A DNA stretch of 59,710 nucleotides from Octopus bimaculoides (Eukaryota): NCBI RefSeq assembly GCF_001194135.2, contig NC_068984.1, forward strand, positions 123,038,102-123,097,811. Reading direction: 5' to 3'. A program made the translations under genes and the position numbers. Shown here in pieces: positions 26,001 to 37,814 of this stretch (position 1 is its first letter; each line of letters starts with the position of its first letter). Below the pieces are notes generated by a model. That model had not been told where the DNA came from. It saw only the letters and a list, made by a program, of their open reading frames with translations, and did not search any database.

Positions 26001-28508
26001 CACAGATGAAATGGAGAAAAGATCTGAAGATATTACAGATAGTGGCTTTAAAAGTGGAGCAGATGATGATCTATCAAGGAGGAGTACTGACAAAGATCAA
26101 GTAGACTTTACAAAACCATTTCCTTTTCAAACATCAGAGGAACAACTTGTTAAAGAAGAGATCTCTAACAAAGAAGTAAGGAATGAGAGTTTCAAACAAG
26201 AAACTCGAGTCCAAGAAACTACAGTTCATGAAGGATCTATTGAGGAACGTAAAGTTCTTGATGACATAACTCCCAGCAAATTCACATCAGAATCAAAGAT
26301 TATTGAAGATGTCAAAGTAAAGAGATCAGAAACTGCAACAACAGAGGAGAGTACAACCCGATCGACCACTGTTGGTGATGAAATTCAATCAATCAAAGAT
26401 GAAACTCGTTCAGTGAAACAAAAAGATGTAGAGTCTGAAAGTAAAAGAGAACAGGCAACTGTAGAAGATGAGTTTCAAAAGGAAACAACTGAAGAATTAA
26501 CAACAAAAGATGCGCTCAAAATGCATAGTGAACTGACTGAAGGGAAATCTGAGACTTTTGAAGAAGATGGCACCAAGATAGAAATAAGTCAAGAAAAGTC
26601 ATCTGTATGTGATAAGTCATTTGAAGAAGAGATTGAGAAACAACAGTATGAAAAACAATCAAAAGATGGAGAAATTCAGAAAATTGAAGATTTGGAACAG
26701 AAACTGACTGAAAAAGATTCTAAACTGGAAATTGTCACTGATACTGTCAGCAGAGAAGATGATTTCCAAAAAGAAATTAAAAAAGAAGTAGCTGTAAAGG
26801 ATGAGTCCAAGCTGAGCATGACAATCACTGATGACTTGATGGAAATTGATAAAACAGACAAAAAGTTCAAATCTCAAACATCTGAAATTGAGGAGAATGT
26901 ACAACATGAAGACACTTTCCACAAAGAAGTTGTTGAATTAAAAGAACCTGAAACAGCTAGAGTTCTTGAAGTAATTGAAGGAGAAGATTCTGGGGGTGAG
27001 AGCGACCATTCTTTCATTGAACATAGTGATGAGGAGAATGAGCAAATAGAAGCTTTAACAAGGAGTGGTCATTTAATGAGCTCAACAAGAATGGAAGATC
27101 TCGTTGAAGAAGAAATTGATGAGACTGAAGTTGAAGACCAATTTATTGACAGACGAGAATATTTTGAATATCAACAAAGGGACACGATTGACTTCAGAAT
27201 TGTTCATAGAAATGGTGGGCCTGATTTTAATACCACCGATAGGTTTCCGCCTTTACACCCAGACAAAGATGTAACACCAGTTCTGAAAGGTACATTGAAA
27301 GACAGTGATATCCCTTCAAAGAGCCAACAACCTGTTCAACCCCAAGAAGATCAGATTCCTTTTTTAGGGAAACAGGAAACAGTCCAGGAAATAACCGACA
27401 CTAAAACCAGCACATTGACCAATGAGAAATCAACTATTGGACAGAGTACTGGGCTGTTTCCATCTGAATCTCTAAAAGAAACCGAGAAAGTGTCACACAA
27501 GATCGCTACTGAAAAAGTGAATTTTACTGAAGATTTCACTTCATACAACTCCCACATAACTGATGACTATACGAATTACTCTTCTGACTTCTCCTCTTAT
27601 CACCGTGATGGAAGTGGTTTGGGTACCCGTAACATCCTTGTCCCATCTTCTTCCACCGAAGCACAGGAACGTTCAGCTACTCCCAGTGCAAGCGATGATG
27701 ACAGTTCTGGTGAGTACTATTCAAGTGAGCGCATAAAAAAACTGAGGGTAATTGATCAAATGACTGAGAGTATTGAGTACCCATTAAAAGACAAGACAGA
27801 CAAAGACTCCAATGGCAGACCACTGTCACCCACTGAATACACACTCATGACTGAATCTCAATTGGAACTTCATGAGGCACTTCAGTCTGTGGTTGATGAT
27901 CAAGACATAATGACTCAGTCAATGATCGAGTCCCATGAATCATTGACCCAATCAATGATTGACCCGATGACACAATCCCAAATCGGAGAAGAGTTCAGAC
28001 GTTCTCTTGATTCACAGTCTGACATTGATGGTAGAACGAGTATCGATGCATCACAACAGATGTTCATTGACCAAAGCAGAGAAGCCGAACTTGAACAAGA
28101 AGAAGACTTCGTTGAATCTGACCTGAAAAAGGGTGAAGAGAGACCACCGTCCCCATCAGAATTCACACTATTAACATCCCTTGAGCAGGAAGAACTTGCC
28201 AAAGCTCTTGGGTTACAGGATAATGGTTTAACAGCAGTTGAGATTGAAGATGAGTATGAATCAGTAAATAAAGACCGAGATGAAACTAGTCAACAGCTTG
28301 CTCAACAGCCATCCGCTACCACACGAGATGATCAGTTCACCACAGATGCTGATCTAAAAGGTATATTTCACTTTGATTCTATTTGTTAGTTAGGTACCAT
28401 ATTGCAGTAATCTTAAATGATAACAAACAAACAGACACACACACATACACAAACAGTTTTACACTTGCTCTCCAATCAGAAATGTTATTAGTAAAGAAAC
28501 AATCATCA

Positions 28509-28567
<59 letters not shown>

Positions 28568-31500
28568 GCAAGCTGGCAGAATTGTTAGCATGCCAGACAT
28601 AATGCTTAGTGGCATTTCATTCAGCTTTACATTCCGAGTTCAAATTCTGCTGAGGTCAACTTTGCCTTTCATCCTTTTGAGATTGATAAAATAAGTACCA
28701 GTTGAGCACTGGGGTCGATGTAATCGACTAGCCCTCTCCCTAAAAATTTCAGACCCTGTGCCTATAGTTATTATTATTATAATTTGACTTTCATACTGGA
28801 GAGTAGCCACATAGTCTTCATTGTGATTTTCAATCATTATCATTATTATTGTTATTGTTGTTGTTGTTGTTGTTGTTATTATTGATGAGTGCCACAAAGC
28901 GTAGTCTAGACATAAATTTTCTGTGAACCTAGACAGTGACCCAGTCTCAATACTTTGTTGTAAACATATCATGTACATTCTTTTACTAGTTTCAGCTAGT
29001 AAGCAGTAGCCCTGTTGGGACATTGCCACTCTGTCACTATCGCTTTTTAGAGAGGCATGACTATCACAGCTTCTCATTTCTCCTTCCTTTACAATTTTAG
29101 ATTTAATATCTGCCATAAAAAAAAAGAAACCATTATTTTTAGTATTGTTAACATTGTGGAGACTAGTGGCAGTTAAAATTTCAACAAATAAATTTTAAAT
29201 GTCTCATCTCAATTTTTATCCTTAGTTGGAGCTTATTTTAAGTTGGCAATATCCTTTTGAAAAACATAAACAGCACAACTTCCAATTACTCTTCCCAATC
29301 TCCATCCTATAAATTTCTAGTTTTGTTTATAAATTGGGAAGTGTGTTCAGACTTTGTCTTGGAGACTGTCTCCACAAAGTTGAACCACCTATTGACTACA
29401 CTATACAGAGATGAGCCACTCTCAGGATAAGATTAAAGTTTCAGAGGATTATATTTTTAGTAAATGCTCTGTTTTGAAATATATGTAAAATATAGATAGT
29501 GAAGTAATGACAAGATAAAGCTGATAAAGTGTAGTTCCACAGCTCATGGGGTTTTTTTTTTGGGGGGGGGGGTTCTACCTCTTCTCTGACTGATGTAGTT
29601 GATGTTAACTTCTTTAGATAGATGTATGTAAGGGAAATTTAAACAGAGGGAGATCCAGAAAGCTGTAATCCTGGGGAGAATTGGTTATGGAAAATTTTTT
29701 TTTTTTTTTTAGTTCAAGAATAAGGCACAGTAGGAATGATGAAAGGATGACAGATAGGTGAATTGGATTAGTTTCAGTGGGATTAGTAATGTAGCTTTCT
29801 AGTTCAGAGGAGCAGGAACTGTTATAGTAGTGGTAGAAGAGACAGTTGGATGATTGAGTGCATCACTGACTACTTGTGGAGATGTTACCTAAGTACCACA
29901 TTTACTATATAAGTAATTGATGTATAATAGTAAGAGGTGTTCTGTAAGTACTACAACTATTAACTAGACATGAGAAGGGCCGATTTGAAGTGGCACTGTG
30001 AGATATACAGTGGTGGAACAGCTTACCAAATGTATGAAAACTACTACTACTAAGTTGTAGGGACTCCTAATGACTTGCTACCCTTAGGTGCTATATCATA
30101 TTGAATCTGCACATCCAAACAGTCAGGTGTGTAGATTGTTTCCCCAAAGCATTCAGGTGAATGTTACACCTATTCTAACATACAATGTTGATTGAAATGG
30201 TTGACTATTTCTTTTGTGGGTGAAACGGAGGTCATTAACCTGGTACCTACTAACAAGTTCCTTCCTTTGCTTGGCAGACAATCTGCTGCATGAGCATGGC
30301 ACTAGAAATTTGTTGTTTGCTGATTCTGTTGTAATGTTTACCAATTCTCACATGATTTATTCCTACTAAGCTGATATATATTTTTAGTTGTTGTTTTTTG
30401 TTGTTTTATTTTATTTTTCTTCCGTTCCTATTTTGAATTTTCTGGACCTGGTATGAGAACTAAATGAGGACATTTTGATATATCAGGGGATTGGAAAGGC
30501 TTTGAGGAACATATCTGACTCATACACTCACACATACTCACCTGTGTACTCTGGAAGAAAAAAAATGTTTAGATCACCCTATAAGTCATTCATACCATGT
30601 ATGTATGTGTGTGTATGTAGAGGAAGAGAAATATTTAGGCTGAGTAAATTCTCTGTTTGTACGGTGAATGTGTCAAACTGTGGCTTAATGTTAAAAGAAA
30701 TCATGCTATAGCCTTGTGCTGGAATGGGAATGGGTCATCTGGAGAAGTCAACCTGCCATTGATTTACACTCTATCCGAAGAACAAAGATTTCATCTTTCA
30801 CTTGCTGAACAATAAAAGCTGCAAAGAAAAAAATTTGTCCTCAGGAAGTCATGACAGCTTGCAAAACGGGATAATGGAAGAGAACAAAATTCCACCTATC
30901 TTGTACACATCCAAGAAAAATAAAAGGTCGTATTCTTACTAAACAAGTTTTCATCATTGAGAAATATTGAATCACCACCTCTTGGAAGGCTAACTTTTTG
31001 TAAAAACATTGGAACAAACATTATGAAATTTTTGCCAAAAACTGGAAGATATACTGTTTTTGCCTGGTCAGTGGGCCTGTTTTTCTTTTGTCTCAAATCG
31101 GTGTTCAGATCCAACAATATCTAAATGTCTCAATTTATAAGAACCATCTTAGCTCTGATACCAACATGAAAAAAAATTAATGTAAACACTGATTTTTCTG
31201 TTTTGGATAACCAGTTCTTTTTTGTCTGGTAGTGAGTTGGACCATATAAATCAGTTGATCTTAATGATGTCTGTATGACATTTGGCAAAGTCGATTCATG
31301 CCAGACTTAAACTCAGAATTATGAAATGCTGAATGAGACATGACAAAGCATCCAAGTTCAACAGCATACCAAACTTTGGCTAGTCATCTTTACCATACTT
31401 TTTTTTATACGGATATCAAAATTTCATATGTGTAAATTCGTTGAACCAGCCCACCTTATGCTACACAGGAACAATAACCATAAATCTTGCAAGCATTTTA

Positions 31501-34500
31501 TCTTCTTGTACACAATTCTATAAGTCTAAGTCATTTAAGACGGAATAGTTGTGTGGCTATGCAATGTGTGTACCCATATGTGTGTGTATGTGTATTGTAT
31601 TTTTTGTTGTATTTAAAAGAATGTTTGTTTTACTGTTTCTTTTTTTTTTTTTTTTTTTTTTCAATGTTTACTGTTGCTTGTGCGTATATATCAAGTGCCC
31701 CAAACATCTGACAGATTTCCAAATACAAAAGCTGTCTATATGCTGACTTGTAGGACACTATTTCGTTGTGTATATGTGTATGTACCTTTATATAGGCGTG
31801 TATGTTGTATGCTGGTCATCAACATTCATACATCCTCTTCTAGTCCATCTCATCTCAATGATTCCTTTAATTGATTTTGGTGTCATTTATCATATAATTT
31901 CATTTCTTGTTAATTTACTCAGTATTATCATTATTATCATCATAACTATGGATATATCATTCCAGTCATCCTTAGTATTTCATCTGATGATGATGTGGGT
32001 AATGGTTATGATGCTAAGTGAAAATATACCACAGCTTTTTGTCTCTGTTAAGTGTTTTGCATTAAGAAGGGCATCCAGCCATAAAAAGAATCATGCCAAA
32101 AAGGAATGTATAAATAAGCATGGTCCCCAACTCAACTATAAGGGCGTTTACTCCAAACAAGGTCAACCTCAGACCATGATAACCTGTCCAGCCCATGCCA
32201 ACACAGAAATTGGACATAAAACAGTGACAACATAGGTAGGATTTAAACATAGCATTTAAACTGGCTATGTCCAGCCCAAATATTCTACCTGTTTCATGTT
32301 CAAACTGGTGAGATCCAGCTTCTCACACCTACCCTACAATTTCATTCTAAAAATAAACAGTTACTTCATCAGAATCTCAAAACTAAGAGATTATGCATGA
32401 TTAATTCAAAACCTGATGAATAAATAAGCATTACATATGACAGAGTAATCTGAATGCTAGAGGGCTACAATAGGCTGATTAAAACATAACAAAAAAGCTA
32501 AGTGGTGTTAGATCTATTGTTTATGAACACCATTGCACCACATACAAAATAACACAAAATGCAATTTGAGAAACAGTTTATTGCAAATTCATCCAACCCA
32601 TGATAGTCGTCAGCAGCCAAATCCTCATCTTTTAGTTCATATGACTTTCTAAAAACTGTGTTAAACACCAGTTTAATATTTACCTCTTTTATTTATGTGT
32701 GAGTGTGTTGGCAGTTATGGATGAAGATGTGTCCCAGATACATCCTCACTGCAAAGTGGAAAGGATTCAGTTGAATCCAAGAATATTTAAAGCAAAACAA
32801 TGTTTCCAATTGGATAGATTGAAATATATTGTGGCTGTTGGTATTTATTCTACCTTTTCAATTTGAATCTCAGAAACTCCAAATTAAACTGGATAATCCC
32901 TGCATGTGTGTCTGTGTGTATGTGCATGTGTATGAAAAAGAGAGAGAGTTGCATGAAAGATGATTTCCAATTTTGTATCATTTTGTTTTGTGTGTTGTTT
33001 TTGTGCAGGTATTGACAAACAGGAGATCATATTTGAGCAGATGGTTGAACAAATTGTTTGTGAGGGAAACAAAATATCGATGCCTGATTCCACGTTACAA
33101 GATGAAGATTCTGTTTCCACTGAACCAGCGTTGATGTCATCATCTCAGTCTAGAGACAACAATACGTATTCTAGTATCAGCAGTTCTGATTTTGGCGAGC
33201 AAGTAGCTGCTGTACAATCTCAGCAACCCTGTAGAGAAGACAGCGGCTCTGATGATCGAGCTCTAACTGAAGAAGACTTTGAACGCATGATGTCCAGTTA
33301 TGAAAATGTTTATGATGGGGTGCAACTCGCTCCTGAAGTCAGCAAGTTAGCCATGAATGCCAGTGATTTAGACATTGGAGATCGTTTTGACACAAAGCAA
33401 CTTGACCTACATCTTCAGCCAACTGGACGCTCTTCAAGTTATGAGCAGCTTTACAAAGAAACAGGCAAAGAGATTGCTGAAACAAGTGAACAAGCCGAGC
33501 AAGTTGTTTATTCCGCAGAGTCGAAAGGTGAGTTGAACAACGTGAGTGCAGCGACTGACTCACTTGTGTCTCAAGCTTGCTCAAAACCACAGAGTGAGCT
33601 GACATGTTTACCTGCAAAGAGGTCAGTACGATTTGAGACTGACCCCAGTCCAATTCACATAACAGTAGAGTCTGGACTAGACACTTTAGGCTGTGATGAT
33701 AGCATGACACCAGAGTCAACTGACCCAGAATTTTTGATGCGAGCCTATTCTTGGGACCCAGACTGGGACCCGTGTAAGAGCCGCAGTAGAACATATTCTG
33801 CTCCAGGGACACAGTCTCGTCGGACTTTGCCATATATATTCCAAGAGAAAGGTATCGTGTTACTAATGTGCTACTTAAAAAGCAAACCATTTTCCAGTTG
33901 CCCTTGCTTGTTTCTAGTTCCAACCATATTCTCGTCACCCTGACTTCTGTGGTTTTCTTTTTTTTTTTTTTACCTGCTACTCTTTGGTGCATCCACTTTG
34001 CTGTGGCTTCAGGCTGTGTAGAATGTGTTAAGTGTGACTGTGGCCATGTCTATCTAGTTACTTTCTTGAAAACAGTAACATGGGAGTCTCAATTTGTCTG
34101 GATTTGATATTGGCCTGCTTAAAGAAATTCTTCAGTTTGGGCAAGAATTATTGATTCATTGTTTCCTTTTCTATCCCAGGTGGGTTGAGCTCTTCACTTT
34201 GAAATAGTGTGGGTGGGGTTCTCCTTACTGATATCTCACTGCTATTAAGTGACTGACTGCCAATGCTATCTCTACCTCATTGACCACTACTACCACACTC
34301 ACAATGACCTAGAACCATCACTACTACCCTCACTACACTACCACCACTGTTCAGTCTATTTAATAATGTAAGTCTAATTAATGTTTAAGTTTTAGGAAAA
34401 AAATTAATCTTGGTAATTTAATAATTGGGAACTAAGATCCTGCATTGTTTTGGTTTTTATTATTTTTTTTTTTAAACGAAGATTTACAATTAACATAGCA

Positions 34501-37500
34501 GTAGGGTTATATATGTAATCCAAATAATCAACAAAGGATATGTGCTCTTTATGTGTGTGTAGGTTCCAAACCAGCAACATTATCAATCAGACTCTCTAAT
34601 AATTGCATCTTTATATCTCCCCTCTCAGACTAAATAACACTAACCACCAGCCTTAAAATTAAGTTTGTTTCTTGGATCAAGGAAACAATGTTGTTAGAAG
34701 GGGGAGAAATATTTGTCATCACTTCTACTGAGCATATCCTGATGGGGTCCATTCTAAACTTCATGCAGTTTGTAGGGTTAACCTTCTTTTTTTTTTTTTT
34801 ACATCATGCTATACCTTATGAATAATAGCATCATTGACTACAATAAACAAGTTGCTGGGTAACTTATGATTGCAAGAATGCAAAAGAACTGTCTGTGCAA
34901 CTCAGGCATGATAAATACTACAAGATTTTATTCTACTCATCAGTTTTATTGATGTGTACATTTTTTGCAAATAAACACACAAACATATGATGGCTTTCAC
35001 AGTTTCCATCTACCAAATTTCACTGACAAGGCATTGGTCAGCCTAGGGCAATGGTAGAAGACACTTTCCCAAGGTGTTATGCAATAGAATGGTACCAGGA
35101 ACCATGTGCCTGCAAAGCAAACTTCATAACCACACAGCCATACCATTTTATCACAGACACTTCTGGAATAATATATATATACATTACATTACTTGGAAAC
35201 AGGTAGCAACAGAATGGACATCCAGCCATAGAAAATCTGCCTCAATAAATTCCATCTAACCTATGCAAGCATGGAAAAGTGGATGTTAAATGATGATGAT
35301 GATATATAAGAACTAACCCAGACTTGGATAACCAATCCTACTCATTCCAGCATGGAAAACAAAAGTAAAAGCGAGGATGAGGATGTTAACCCTTTGGCAT
35401 TTAAACCTGCCATATCCAGCCCAAAATATTCTAAATGTTTTATGTTCAAACTGACCAGATCTGACCTCTCACACGTACTCTACAATGTTATTCTAAAAAT
35501 AATCACATCATCATAACCTTGAAGCTTCGAGATAATGCATCGTTAATTCAAAATAACGTGAATGAGTAAGCATTGCATTTGACAGAATAATCCGATTGCT
35601 AAAGGGTTAAAGCTGCTGTCAAAATGTGCTGTTAGAAGCTCTGTGAGAATATTGACAACTGTGATAGGATGGTATGAAATATAAACATTTGATTAAATGA
35701 AGTGATTGTGGAGGAGACTATGTGAAGGCATATCTAAAACAGTAGTTTGATGGTTGCAAGTAGTTCTAGTTAGTTCTTAACTAAATCAATGGTATAGAAG
35801 TAACCAATCAAATAAATACATGTAGCTTCATTTATCACTGATTCATTCATTGCTGATTCAGGATAACATGGTATGCTCAATTGTGGATCATGTCACGCTT
35901 ATCGTGGATTGATCTGTGATAACACAGGTCAGCAATTAGCCAATTTTGCTAGTACTTCAAAAACAAGTCCTAGTGACCACCCACAATGCTCAGCTATCCC
36001 AGAATGCACTGACTATCTCTTGTGTTTACATGACCATGCTGCAAGGCACAATATTCCTTATTTGGATTTACAAACTCATACCCATGAAAGATGGGGACCA
36101 GTGAACAGAAAAATACAAAAATGCCCGATCCTAACAAACAATACAAATGAGTGTATTCTCTGCAGGAAAATGTAGAGATAATCAAGAAAATATGTGACAG
36201 TGGAAGTTTGATTACTGTTGGCTGCAAGTTTGGGGTCAATGAATCTACTATTCATTCCATTTACAAGGTGATTCATTTATCAGTCTTTTTGGGGACCAAA
36301 TCCCCATGATAAAGGAGTACAGATGTGTGTGGTCTGCATTTCTTGTCCACCTTGTCTTTATTATGGAGCAAAGATTTAGGGTGTAAAACAGGGGTTATCA
36401 ACCATTTTTTTATCTATGGACCCCAACAGCCATTTAATGTTTAAAAATTAGTTTTATAGAAACTTTTTTTAAAATTCCTACTTTGTTACATGGGCCCCAC
36501 AAAATCTTATACTGATGTATTTGGTTTATATTCCTTCACCATGCCCACCTTCTCTTATAGGGCATGTTGACAAAGATTTAGAGTGTAAAACATGTGCTTC
36601 TTGAAATGGCGGTTTATTTAGAGACGTATGGTTTTTGCCCTGTGACTACTTTCAACAAGGTAATGGGAGGAGCTAGTTGTCAAGGTTTTGTTAATTTTCC
36701 TTACCCCCCTCCTCTCTCACTGTATTCTGTCTCTTTTATACTTTCTGGATCTTATTAGAGACAAGATACCAAAGTACTCATTTGTGATAGTGTAAGGGCT
36801 GATGTTTTACATACAGATGTATTATTGCATTGGATTATTAGACTCAAGGCTGTTGTTTAACCCTAGGTTACTCTGTATCAGCAGATCCATGATATCCAAA
36901 ATGTTCCAGCAATGACCATCCAGACTTTTATTTTTAAGATCTAATGCATATAAATCTACATTATCTTACACATGTACCTTTCTTTTAAAGAAGGTAAAGT
37001 ATAATTTGAGGGAGATATTTAGCTGATATTTCTAGCAGGTCAGGCAACCATGTAAAGGTTCCTTCAGTAGCTCAGAAAGTTAAAGGAAATTTGTGAAAGT
37101 GGATTGGTCTATTGCGTCGCTCCCACCAACAACTCCCACGACAAAGAAGGTTAAGTGTATCTATCATGTATTCTTAAATACATGCTATTCTATTTTATTG
37201 ACCCCCCCAAAATTGACCTTGGCAGTATATGAACTCTGAACATAAAGAACCAGCAAAACACAGCAAGATTATTCCAACACTTTAGCAATTCTGCCAGCTT
37301 ATCATCTCTAGGAATAATAATAATTGATTGATAAGTTTTCTTTATTGGCACAAGGCTTCAAATTTGGAGAGAAGGAGTATATAGTAAATTGAAATCAACA
37401 TCGGTACATAACTGGTACTTATTTTTATTAATTTCTTAGAGATGACTGGTAAAGTTAATTTCGATAGGATTTGAACTACAATTTATGTGAGGCATTTAGT

Positions 37501-37772
37501 TCAGTTCTTTACCATTTCCTACCACTCCACTATCCTATAATAATAATAATAATAACAACAATAATGGTTTCAAATTTTGGCCCAAGGCCAGCAGTTGTGG
37601 GCGAGAAGATTAGTCCATTACAGTAACCCCAGTACTGACTGGTGCTTAATTTTATTTCTTTTAACCGCCAAAAGGCTGAAAAGCAAAGTTGACCTCAGCA
37701 GGATTTGAATGCAAAATGTAAAGAGCCAGATACACCAGCAATTCTGCCAACTTGGTTGCCTTGATGATGATG

Positions 37773-37814
<42 letters not shown>

